Origin: a virus
Strand: one strand, 5' to 3'
Length of the DNA: 64,000 nucleotides
IMG/VR virus record: IMGVR_UViG_3300049324_000002
Location: 32,001 to 96,000 of that record
Shown one piece after another: positions 28,568 through 36,535 of the stretch. The position numbers and the translations under genes are program-made. A model generated the notes under the pieces. It saw nothing but the letters and a program-made list of their open reading frames with translations. It was not told the origin of the DNA and ran no database searches. How positions within the stretch are numbered: the first letter of the stretch is position 1; the number at the start of each line of letters is the position of its first letter.

Positions 28568-29713
28568 TTAGTTACGAACCATGGCAGCCATCTCAGAAGC
28601 AGTCAACCCCCCTTTAGCCTTCACCTGACCAACCCCACCCGGGCACAACGCCTGCCCCAACAACGTCACCACCAAATCCAAAGCAGCATGTGCATCAGAA
28701 GATGGCTGTATCCTAGAATAATACTCCCACACCACACGCATCCCGGCCACACACCTAGCCGAGTCAAGGCGACTAGCCAACACCTTCTCGTCAGCAGACG
28801 GGGGAGGCGACAACGACGACCCAGACTCAGACATCGTCAACACCAGCAAACGCTTCAACGTCGACACCACCGAGCCCACCACCTCACGAGGCCCCGGGAG
28901 GACGCCCAGCGCCACGCCAGCCGCCTCAAACGCACCCACATAGTCCGGGCCAGCGACCAACGCCCGCACCACAGCCAACCCATGATCCTCAATACCTAGT
29001 AACTGTGTAAGCTGATCAGAAGTACGTACATGCACAAGAGCAGCCTGCTCAGCCATCATCACAGCATTACGAGCCACCCCGCGAGAACGCGTCGCGATAG
29101 CAGTGCAAAGTTCCGAGCTGAAACTAAATCCCTCAGCATCAGAGATGTCACGAATCCGCTGCGCCAACTCCGCCTCAGGAATCCTCGTAAACTCGCAACT
29201 AAAGCAACGAGAAACTACAGTATCCTTAACCTTATCAAGGTCAGTAGTAACCAACATAAAAACAACATTAGGAGGAGGCTCCTCCAAAACCTTCAACAAA
29301 GCATCAAACCCAGTATCAGAAAGAGCGTGCACCTCATCCAAAATAATAACACGATAACGACCCTGCGCCGCATAACGAGCCCGCTCACGCAACGCTCGCA
29401 TATCATCAGCCTTACCATGTGACGCAGCATCAATCTCCGTCACATCAGAAGACCGACCCTCAGCAGTCAACTCACAAGTAGAACAAACACCACACGGCCG
29501 CTCATTAACATCATCATGCTCACAATTCAAAGCAGCAGCGAGAACCCTAGCCATAGTAGTCTTACCAGACCCGAGTGAGCCATGAAAAAGATAGGCCCCT
29601 CGAACCTCATCTGCCTGTATCATGCGCTGTAACACAAGCCGCGCCAATCTCTGACCAACAACATCAGAAAATCGGCGCGGCCTGTATTTCAGGGCTAAAG
29701 CTTTCTGGCTCAT
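28568..29713 (-). CDS. dnaX: DNA polymerase III gamma/tau-like clamp loader
   Basis: 'LKYRPRRFSDVVGQ', 'GSLGSGKTT', Zn module C..PCGVC..C, 'EIDAAS', 'ILDEVH', 'LLKVLEEPP', 'SRC'. Confidence 0.95.
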   Translation of the reverse strand: MSQKALALKYRPRRFSDVVGQRLARLVLQRMIQADEVRGAYLFHGSLGSGKTTMARVLAAALNCEHDDVNERPCGVCSTCELTAEGRSSDVTEIDAASHGKADDMRALRERARYAAQGRYRVIILDEVHALSDTGFDALLKVLEEPPPNVVFMLVTTDLDKVKDTVVSRCFSCEFTRIPEAELAQRIRDISDAEGFSFSSELCTAIATRSRGVARNAVMMAEQAALVHVRTSDQLTQLLGIEDHGLAVVRALVAGPDYVGAFEAAGVALGVLPGPREVVGSVVSTLKRLLVLTMSESGSSLSPPPSADEKVLASRLDSARCVAGMRVVWEYYSRIQPSSDAHAALDLVVTLLGQALCPGGVGQVKAKGGLTASEMAAMVRN

Positions 29714-29736
29714 AACCCCTCAATCAGTAGAAAAAT

Positions 29737-30507
29737 CTATTCCTCCGAATCCCCAGGCTTAGCCTTCTTAGCACCAGCCTTAGGGGTGGTCGTCTTCGGA
29801 GGCTTCGTCAACAGATCCCATTGCGTGACCTTGTACCGGCCAAACCCACCAGACCGAGAAGCGCCAACACCCTGCTCCTGACCAGTCAGCCACACAATCT
29901 CCCAGAAACCATCACAAGCCGCATCAAAATCGAAGTCAGTAATAACCTGAAACTTCAATACAGCAGGAGTCACATGCTCCTTATAATGCGGGGCAGAACC
30001 ATACTGAGTATGCACGAACTGCTGCACAATACCAGAAGCAGTAAGCACGTTCTTGCCATCATCAGGATTAAAGATATGAACCTTATCATCCGTCACCATA
30101 ATATGCTCAGCAACGAACCCCTTAGCAAACTTACTCGTCACACCCCACGAGCGAAGCGGCACGTTCCCGGCCGCGACGGCGACCATCACAGCCTCTTTCA
30201 GCGCAGCCTTCACCTGACGACCATCAATGTACAGGCCCTCAGTATCTTTCTTAAACCCAGTGAAGTGCTTAGCCGAACCAACCAGCTTCACAGCCTCCTC
30301 AGCAGACACCGCGCGCTCAGCCATCGTCTCAGCAACAGCCCGACGAACAGCATCGTCTTTATCCTCAATCTTGGTACGCAACCAAGACTCCGCGACCTTC
30401 TCATCAGTAGGAATACCACCAGCAATCGAATCCACCTGAATCGTGGCCGCGTAACGCCACTTCCAAACCCTATCCTGTGCTGAAGCGAAAACAGAAGTAG
30501 CCGACAT
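29737..30507 (-). CDS. Stand-alone Cas7/Csm3-like RAMP protein
   Basis: N-terminal strand 'RYAATIQVDSIAGGIP'; 'LYIDGRQVKAALKEA' (compare RAMP P-x-IPGSSLKGALR); C-terminal G-rich loop 'GVGASRSGGFGRYKV'; basic tail; RBS AAGGAG. Confidence 0.8.
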   Translation of the reverse strand: MSATSVFASAQDRVWKWRYAATIQVDSIAGGIPTDEKVAESWLRTKIEDKDDAVRRAVAETMAERAVSAEEAVKLVGSAKHFTGFKKDTEGLYIDGRQVKAALKEAVMVAVAAGNVPLRSWGVTSKFAKGFVAEHIMVTDDKVHIFNPDDGKNVLTASGIVQQFVHTQYGSAPHYKEHVTPAVLKFQVITDFDFDAACDGFWEIVWLTGQEQGVGASRSGGFGRYKVTQWDLLTKPPKTTTPKAGAKKAKPGDSEE

Positions 30508-30600
30508 CAGATATGCTCCTTGTTATTTGTTGTCGAATCAACCCCGGACAAGCCGAGGCACAGCACCGTCACCATTGACGACAAACCCCTTATACCGAGA

Positions 30601-30845
30601 GATCGATATGAGTTGAATGAACAGACAAGTCGAGATGAATTGAAACGACTCGGCTAGAAAAGTCGGCGTTGAATAGTATCGAGTTGACGGGTGAAGTCGG
30701 TAGGGAGGCGACCCGATCAGGAGCGACATGAGTGGTCGATGCGAAGGGAAGCGAATAGAGAAGTCGGTGATGTATAGACTAGCAGCGAAATGACTTGGCT
30801 TGTCGAATCGACTTGATCTGATATGAACCGTCTTGAGAAGTCGAA
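30601..30845 (-). repeat. Short pentamer-periodic non-coding array (7 units) upstream of the RAMP gene
   Basis: Minus strand: CGAC TTCTC AAGAC GGTTC ATATC AGATC AAGTC GATT CGAC AAGCC AAGTC ATTTC GCTGC TAGTC TATAC ATCAC CGAC TTCTC TATTC GCTTC CCTTC...; spacings between CGAC marks are 38, 39, 28, 39, 34 and 33 nt. Confidence 0.9.
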
Positions 30846-30846
30846 A

Positions 30847-31404
30847 CTAAGAAGCAACAATAGAAGTACGGCCCTGAATCGAACTGTACATTCTATCAAT
30901 ATCCTCTTCAGAGAAGACAGCACCCACCGTCTGCTGGCCAACCCGGGACGCCAGCGCGAGCAAGAACGCCTCCTCCAACAAAGCAGTATGAGCTGAACGT
31001 GAATACCTAGCAGCCGCGAAATTCAAATCATCACGATTCATGTCAAGCAAACGACGCTGAGTATTCTCACCATCAACAGCGTAACGTACGGTCTTCCAAT
31101 GACTAATCGCACTGGAATCCCCGCCCGTAAACTTGCGAGCATCTGCCGCAAACGCAGACCGTGCCGCATTCGACCGAGCCCGCGCTCGAGCGGAGGCAAG
31201 CCGATGCTTAATCTGCTCAGCCAAGAACGTACTAGAATGCTCCAACAGCCAACCAGTAAGCAACTCAGGATCAGTTTTCTTCAACCTACTGACAAGTGTC
31301 CACGAAGCAACAGAAGGAATCAAATCCGACTCAGCATCTAAAAGAATATCGGTAATCATTTTAGACATCTCAGCAGAGTAATTCCTGCCTGGATCTTCAT
31401 CCAC
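30847..31404 (-). CDS. Hypothetical protein directly upstream of the array and RAMP gene (candidate accessory)
   Basis: 185 aa, mostly helical; its stop abuts the first array unit; RBS GAGGAG. Confidence 0.7.
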   Translation of the reverse strand: MDEDPGRNYSAEMSKMITDILLDAESDLIPSVASWTLVSRLKKTDPELLTGWLLEHSSTFLAEQIKHRLASARARARSNAARSAFAADARKFTGGDSSAISHWKTVRYAVDGENTQRRLLDMNRDDLNFAAARYSRSAHTALLEEAFLLALASRVGQQTVGAVFSEEDIDRMYSSIQGRTSIVAS

Positions 31405-31407
31405 CGC

Positions 31408-31674
31408 TCAGCTCTCCTCAACCGGCGCCTGAGAAAACGCAGCGCTCGAATGGCCCGGGAACTTACGATCGTACCAACGCGAATAAACTACCATAAACGG
31501 AACATCAGGTACACACTCATCATCAGCGATACCCTTACCAGGAGTGGCAGCCTTGATGAGAACCTGCACCATCAGCCAGTGCGGAATCAACTTACGAATA
31601 ATAGGCGTAATATCGCGATGATATGTACGATAAAGAAGATATCTAACTCGAGCAACACAAACATGAAGATTCAT
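31408..31674 (-). CDS. Hypothetical protein
   Basis: ORF in the operon. Confidence 0.55.
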   Translation of the reverse strand: MNLHVCVARVRYLLYRTYHRDITPIIRKLIPHWLMVQVLIKAATPGKGIADDECVPDVPFMVVYSRWYDRKFPGHSSAAFSQAPVEES

Positions 31675-31682
31675 GAAGCGTC

Positions 31683-32084
31683 CTACCCGGGAGACGCCTC
31701 CACCGCTAACTGAGCAAACCCCGTCCAGTACAAAGGCTTAGGAATACCATCCTGCTCACAAACCAAATCAAGTAACACACCAAAAGCTGCGTAATAAGTA
31801 GTCTCTAGCTTATGTCCAAGACGCAACAGATTACGTAAATAAGCACACAAATCTAAAGCTTCTTCCATAGCATCGCGTAAAGTATCACGTCCATCGTCCG
31901 GGCACAACAACTGACCGTAACGATCAAACCCAACCTTCTTACGAGCAACAATACGCTCAACAGTAGCCTGATACAAAACACCAGGAATATAACTAGAAGT
32001 ATTACCTAAATCTCGAATCATTAAATCATGTGCACCCTCAACACCAGGACAATAACGAGGCAAGGGCTGTTCTTCATGAGTCAC
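31683..32084 (-). CDS. All-alpha NTP pyrophosphatase-like (MazG superfamily) protein
   Basis: 'RYGQ.L...DGRD.L.DAMEEALDL..Y' acidic helix motif; start placed just after the tRNA. Confidence 0.55.
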   Translation of the reverse strand: MTHEEQPLPRYCPGVEGAHDLMIRDLGNTSSYIPGVLYQATVERIVARKKVGFDRYGQLLCPDDGRDTLRDAMEEALDLCAYLRNLLRLGHKLETTYYAAFGVLLDLVCEQDGIPKPLYWTGFAQLAVEASPG

Positions 32085-32085
32085 G

Positions 32086-32157
32086 TACACCGGGGGAATT
32101 ACGATATCCCGACCCTCGCATTAAGAGTGCGATGCTCTGCCTCTGAGCTACCGGTGC
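32086..32157 (-). tRNA. tRNA-Lys(CTT) with non-canonical T-loop
   Basis: GCACCGG/CCGGTGT acceptor, GCTC/GAGC D-arm, TCGCA-CTCTTAA-TGCGA anticodon arm, T-loop ATCGTAA; no encoded CCA. Confidence 0.85.
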
Positions 32158-32345
32158 ATAAAGCGGGAGACGGTGCGCATCCGTATTAGGAACCCGACCC
32201 CCGCACAACCATCCTACCGTCACGATGACGGACAACGCTCCAGGGCCACCACTAAGCCTGATTATCAAATCTAAGCACTAACGTAGGAAGCGGGCAAATA
32301 TAAACATGATTAGGGCCAAAATAAACACCAACCCACCAGTCAGCT

Positions 32346-32552
32346 TTATCCCGATACACTTTCTTCGTGTCCCACGCCTGTGATAACAAGCAAAAAACAT
32401 CTGACAACTTCGTCATTGTATTCCAATCCATCAACACTATTATTATACTCGTCCATGATTGGTAAATCACCATGCTCACTGACAAGTTTATTTAATCTGT
32501 CAATAAGAGCAGATGCTGTCAATGGGTGATAAGACTCAGTCACAGCAATCAA
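32346..32552 (-). CDS. Hypothetical protein
   Basis: 'LIDRL..L..EHGDLPI' pattern common in small phage proteins. Confidence 0.55.
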   Translation of the reverse strand: MIAVTESYHPLTASALIDRLNKLVSEHGDLPIMDEYNNSVDGLEYNDEVVRCFLLVITGVGHEESVSG

Positions 32553-33210
32553 TTTTCTTTACTTGTGTAGCACCAGTAGCATCCAAAGAAAACTTATAGC
32601 GAACATCAGCAAATGCTGTTAGCGTTTCCTGATGAGTTACCATAACAATCTGAATACCAGTCGTATCAACAAGAGTGCGTAAGAACTGCCCCGCAGCCTC
32701 GAGATACTCAGAACTCAGGTGAGCCAACGTCTCGTCTAAAACAAGAATCTCCGGGGCATTCCGGCCCGCGCCTCTTGTCAAGAGAATAAGCACAACTCGC
32801 AACAACAACCCAACAACCGCAGCCAAACCACCGCCACGAGCTGACATCACGTCAGTCTCAAACTCAGAACCATCCGGTAAATGTGTCTTCACCACAAAAT
32901 CAACCTGAGGGATACCGCGCGACATAGACTCCACCAAATGGAAAGTCAGTCGCTCCTCGAAGACTGCAGCCAACCCGGCCGACACCAAAGACTCCACCAT
33001 CGCACGCGCAGCCGCGTCACGATCAGAACCGATCTTCGACAGAATCCCCGACACCCGATCCGCAGCCTCCCGCGCTGAGCGCGCCACAACAGCCGCCTGC
33101 TGCAGCTCCTGGCCCCTCGCGGCCAGCATCCGCATCTCGCCCACCCGAGCATCCAAACGACGGCGCGCAGCCCGCACATCATCCGTCAAAACCTGCAAAT
33201 CAGTGCTCAC
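32536..33210 (-). CDS. C-terminal half of a Rad50/SbcC-like ABC ATPase
   Basis: Coiled coil followed by signature 'ARGGG', Walker B 'ILVLDE', D-loop 'AHLS' and H-loop 'MVTH'; no Walker A. Confidence 0.85.
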   Translation of the reverse strand: MSTDLQVLTDDVRAARRRLDARVGEMRMLAARGQELQQAAVVARSAREAADRVSGILSKIGSDRDAAARAMVESLVSAGLAAVFEERLTFHLVESMSRGIPQVDFVVKTHLPDGSEFETDVMSARGGGLAAVVGLLLRVVLILLTRGAGRNAPEILVLDETLAHLSSEYLEAAGQFLRTLVDTTGIQIVMVTHQETLTAFADVRYKFSLDATGATQVKKIDCCD

Positions 33211-33521
33211 TAGCTCACCAACCTAAACGCAAGAAAATAAATAATAGGGCAAGTATCACCATTAATGGACAACCTCGAGTTGACCGCTAGATCAAGCGGA
33301 GTCCACTCAGGTAGATCAAGAGTACTTGAATGCTCACGCTCACAATACCACGTGGCAACACTAAGCCAAAAATGAGGCATCAAATCGTAAGGTAAAGTGA
33401 AAGCTAGACTAATATTAGGATCTCCAGCCAGCCGGAATCCTTCAATAAACAAAACGTCCGGGTCACCAGCGCCAGTATCGGCGATAATCTCTTCTATATC
33501 CTTCTTCGAAATATCGATCAC
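33210..33521 (-). CDS. Hypothetical protein
   Basis: Acidic ORF; true start probably near 33521. Confidence 0.5.
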   Translation of the reverse strand: MIDISKKDIEEIIADTGAGDPDVLFIEGFRLAGDPNISLAFTLPYDLMPHFWLSVATWYCEREHSSTLDLPEWTPLDLAVNSRLSINGDTCPIIYFLAFRLVS

Positions 33522-33537
33522 GCCAGTATCATACCGG

Positions 33538-34230
33538 CTACGAGACAGACAGCCTCCGGGCCGTTCGAGCCAGCTCAGACTTCTTGATCTCCCTACGCCA
33601 CTCCGGGTAATGCTCAGCAAACTGCTGCGACACCTTACCCCGCTTCTTCAAAACAATATACCCACCCTTAGCCATAGTGAATGGTGAGTGGCACTCATCA
33701 TTATAGTCCAGCTTACCCTTAGCCTGAGAATCAAACCAGCTCTCATAAACAAAGTTAGAAACAGTCACCTTAGTGGAATCAACGGGAACAGTGTAATAAG
33801 AAGACTCGACCGGGTCACAAACCTCAAGAGCAACCTCAATATCAGAATTACCAGTCTCAGCCCACCGATTACAAGTAGGATCTACGAAAATCTCCAACGC
33901 CTCATGAGAACCAACAGACGCCACAGACAACGGTGCAGTCAGAGCATTACCACCATTCTCCAACACCGGACGCACAAAAATGCGACCATAATAAACACCA
34001 TTATCCTCAGTATGCCAACCAAGGTCACCAGCCTGATCCGCATCATCTAACACACCCAAAACCCATGCGCCAGGAGGAACGTCCTTCTCACTCTTAGCGT
34101 AAGCAACAGCCATAGGAGTCAAACGCCAAGCAGGTGCAGCGTGGTAACGAAGCTGATACGCACACGCGCGAACCATTGTCTGGACGTCAGCATCAGAGAT
34201 GAGCTTCGACTTATTCACGAAGTAGATCAC
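33538..34230 (-). CDS. Putative zincin-like metalloprotein
   Basis: 'LGWH', 'SHEALEIFVDP', 'EVCDPVE', 'VSNFV' (HExxE-type motif). Confidence 0.6.
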   Translation of the reverse strand: MIYFVNKSKLISDADVQTMVRACAYQLRYHAAPAWRLTPMAVAYAKSEKDVPPGAWVLGVLDDADQAGDLGWHTEDNGVYYGRIFVRPVLENGGNALTAPLSVASVGSHEALEIFVDPTCNRWAETGNSDIEVALEVCDPVESSYYTVPVDSTKVTVSNFVYESWFDSQAKGKLDYNDECHSPFTMAKGGYIVLKKRGKVSQQFAEHYPEWRREIKKSELARTARRLSVS

Positions 34231-34250
34231 GACATGAGTCTTCGGCCAAC

Positions 34251-34304
34251 AAAAAAGCGTGACCCCCGCACTGGGGGTGAAAGGTAGGGAAGTGCGGGGG
34301 CCAC
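34251..34304 (-). terminator. Intrinsic terminator
   Basis: GTGGCCCCCGCACT...AGTGCGGGGGTCAC stem followed by GCTTTTTT. Confidence 0.8.
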
Positions 34305-34345
34305 TAACCCAGGAGGAGGGGGATGTCCCCCTGGGTGGTCACAGC

Positions 34346-34612
34346 CTACAGCCTCTTCTTACGGAAAATAGAAATAGATGCAGTATGCGGAATCACATCT
34401 GACCCGGGCAGGGACCTCAAAACACTAGCAATATTGTCGATATTCCCACCAAAACGAACCAAAACAACAGTAGCAACAATATCAGGCAAATGCGACGCAA
34501 GATGAGATAAAACTCTAGAAACCTGAGGCTTCAGATCATTATCAAGAATCAATTTCTCAGTCTCAGCAGTCGCAATGTCAGGAGTTAGCTCCGACAATAG
34601 CTTAGTAGACAC
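34346..34612 (-). CDS. Hypothetical protein
   Basis: ORF with GAGGGG RBS. Confidence 0.55.
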   Translation of the reverse strand: MSTKLLSELTPDIATAETEKLILDNDLKPQVSRVLSHLASHLPDIVATVVLVRFGGNIDNIASVLRSLPGSDVIPHTASISIFRKKRL

Positions 34613-34652
34613 TTCATCCCCTCAAACAATGCATGAACACTCTGTCAAGGAG

Positions 34653-34874
34653 TCATACCGGACGGCGGAGGGAACGGCCCTTAGCAGTCGCTTCAAACTC
34701 GCAAGAACTACAAACCAAAAAAGGCCACGTCCAAGCAGTCATCTTATAAGGCATACCAGGAACAGAAAAAACATGGTCAGGAGCACTGATAAAGCCAAGA
34801 GTAATTCTTAAAGAAAACGTATTACAATTAGGGCATTTAGCATCTTGAATAACTTCACCAAGCTTAACAGACAT
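34653..34874 (-). CDS. Zn-ribbon protein
   Basis: CPNC...CSSC. Confidence 0.6.
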   Translation of the reverse strand: MSVKLGEVIQDAKCPNCNTFSLRITLGFISAPDHVFSVPGMPYKMTAWTWPFLVCSSCEFEATAKGRSLRRPV

Positions 34875-34889
34875 TTCTATAGCTCCTTG

Positions 34890-34962
34890 CGCGCTGGGTA
34901 GGATTCGAACCTACATCCTTCTGATCCGTAATCAGAGGCTCCATCCGTTGAGCTACCAGCGC
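34890..34962 (-). tRNA. tRNA-Arg(ACG)
   Basis: GCGCTGG/CCAGCGC acceptor; TCTGA-TTACGGA-TCAGA; GTTCGAATC. Confidence 0.93.
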
Positions 34963-35083
34963 AAACACCACAGAGTAACGAAACCCGACCACACTCCGAA
35001 ACTAACAGGCCGGGGGAACACCACCGTCGCGATGACAGCGGAAACGCTAAACCCCGGATCAGCTAGATCAAGAGGGAGTCATC

Positions 35084-35251
35084 ATGCAGGTATCCAGCAT
35101 TTTCGATCTCGGTGTGCGTACCGACCGGGACCATGACCACGATCACGACCATGACCACGACCGTGATCGTGGCCGCCGCCACCACTGGGACCGGCGCTGG
35201 GAGTGGGACGGTCGCGACCACCGCTGGGAGCAGCGCTGGTACTGGAACTAA
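35084..35251 (+). CDS. 55-aa His/Asp- and Trp/Arg-rich peptide
   Basis: MQVSSIFDLGVRTDRDHDHDHDHDHDRDRGRRHHWDRRWEWDGRDHRWEQRWYWN; RBS AAGAGGGAG; mostly C/G-ending codons; below the ORF-track length cutoff. Confidence 0.8.
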   Translation: MQVSSIFDLGVRTDRDHDHDHDHDHDRDRGRRHHWDRRWEWDGRDHRWEQRWYWN

Positions 35252-35266
35252 ACATCCAGAACTAAC

Positions 35267-35305
35267 CGAGGCACCCTGTCTAAACACAAAAGACAGGGTG
35301 CCTCG
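35267..35305. terminator. Perfect 15-bp hairpin between the convergent peptide gene and tRNA cluster
   Basis: CGAGGCACCCTGTCT-9 nt-AGACAGGGTGCCTCG. Confidence 0.7.
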
Positions 35306-35363
35306 CTCTATCACCCGATCTCAACACCACTATCAATAAACACAACCCACCTCCTCACAAACG

Positions 35364-35436
35364 CTGCCCCGTTAGGATTTGAACCTAAAATCTCTCGGGC
35401 CAGAACCGAGTGTGTTGCCAGTTACACTACAGGGCA
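35364..35436 (-). tRNA. tRNA-Gln(CTG)
   Basis: TGCCCTG/CGGGGCA acceptor; CTCGG-TTCTGGC-CCGAG; GTTCAAATC. Confidence 0.92.
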
Positions 35437-35440
35437 ATAC

Positions 35441-35716
35441 CTAACCCATATCGAGGGCGCGCAACTCATCAAGAATAGCACGTCGCTCACGATCCAACTT
35501 ACCAGGATCAATAGCAAAGAAACGATAAATCAAATCCTGTGCTGACTCATGAGTAGCAAAATACTCAAAAACATTTGCATCCATACAAATCTTGCCAGTA
35601 TCGTCAAGACGACACAAAACTAAACCATCAGACTGAATCCACTCCAAAAACTCAGACAACGTCGAAACTTCCGAAGAAACAGCATTCAATCTATCACACT
35701 CAGGGTAAGAAGTCAT
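35441..35716 (-). CDS. Hypothetical protein
   Basis: 'YPEC..L......L.EFLEW...FF.ID..KL..ERRAIL' pattern seen in phage proteins. Confidence 0.65.
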   Translation of the reverse strand: MTSYPECDRLNAVSSEVSTLSEFLEWIQSDGLVLCRLDDTGKICMDANVFEYFATHESAQDLIYRFFAIDPGKLDRERRAILDELRALDMG

Positions 35717-35969
35717 TACTCACCAATCCAAGAAGTCACAATACTATAACTCACAGCAGAGGGGGAAACACTAGGATCCTGCTGAATCCCAGCAACACAC
35801 CAATCAGCAGTAGCATCATTAATAGCACGGCGCAATACCTCACCCGGCCACACAACGTCAGGGTCAGACGTGGGCGAATTCACATCAGGCCAATGCTTAG
35901 CAATCAACTCAAACAAATCGTCTTGAAAATTAGATCTATTAGTTAGATTCACAGCTCCTCCTTCATAAG

Positions 35970-36042
35970 CAGGCCGTGCAAGATTCGAACTCACATCTCG
36001 GAGTTTTGGAGGCTCCTGTTTTACCAGTTAAACTAACGGCCC
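35970..36042 (-). tRNA. tRNA-Trp(CCA)
   Basis: GGGCCGT/ACGGCCT acceptor; anticodon loop CTCCAAA; GTTCGAATC. Confidence 0.9.
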
Positions 36043-36123
36043 AAAATTAAACGGGTAAGCGTGCGTTGGTTAAACGCACCTCGCCTACAGGGAACCACCC
36101 TGCTTGACTCAGTCTCACCCTCG

Positions 36124-36194
36124 AAGCGGAGACGGGAATCGAACCCGTGTTCGCGGCTTTGCAGGCCGCTACCTAGCCTCTCGGTCACTCCACC
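36124..36194 (-). tRNA. tRNA-Cys(GCA)
   Basis: GGTGGAG/CTCCGCT acceptor, U discriminator, GCGGC-CTGCAAA-GCCGC; GTTCGATTC. Confidence 0.92.
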
Positions 36195-36195
36195 A

Positions 36196-36250
36196 TGGCG
36201 GAGCAGTCAGGATCGCCATTGGCGAGCCTATGCACAACCCTGACCGCTCC
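36196..36250 (-). ncRNA. CCA-terminated tRNA-minihelix-like RNA
   Basis: 12-bp stem GGAGCGGTCAGG/CCTGACTGCTCC followed by G-CCA. Confidence 0.5.
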
Positions 36251-36321
36251 AGATACTCGAACACCAGACTTCACCCAGCTCCCTCTCTGGCAAGAGGATC
36301 AACGGAACAGCCTAATCTTAA

Positions 36322-36515
36322 GATCAAGCTACGAGCCCCGAAAATCACGCTGGCACTCATGCTCGGTAGCGACCCGAACTAAAAGCGGTTCGAGCAGAGA
36401 CAGGTAGGTGAGTGACTAGCTCACCAATTGTCGTCAGGTAGTCAGCCACCCAACGCCCTCGGCAGAAGGGGTCAATCGCTCCATCGGAGTGATTACCGTA
36501 GCTAAAGAAGCGATC
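36322..36515 (-). ncRNA. Unidentified multi-branched structured RNA
   Basis: Closing GATC..AGCTACG/CGTAGCT.GATC encloses 4-5 hairpins; no credible minus-strand ORF. Confidence 0.5.
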
Positions 36516-36535
36516 AACAACGACTTCCCATCTCG

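Noticed and set aside
23619-29713. Inteins or introns in terminase and dnaX
   Set aside because: Lengths are normal, with no C/S...HN splice motifs or LAGLIDADG blocks.
30538-30941. ORFs 30538-30729 and 30717-30941
   Set aside because: They overlap the mini-array or the upstream gene; same artefact as in the large array.
35063-35339. ORFs 35063-35314 (-) and 35112-35339 (+)
   Set aside because: Alternative readings of the (DH)n peptide gene 35084-35251, which has the RBS and the downstream hairpin.
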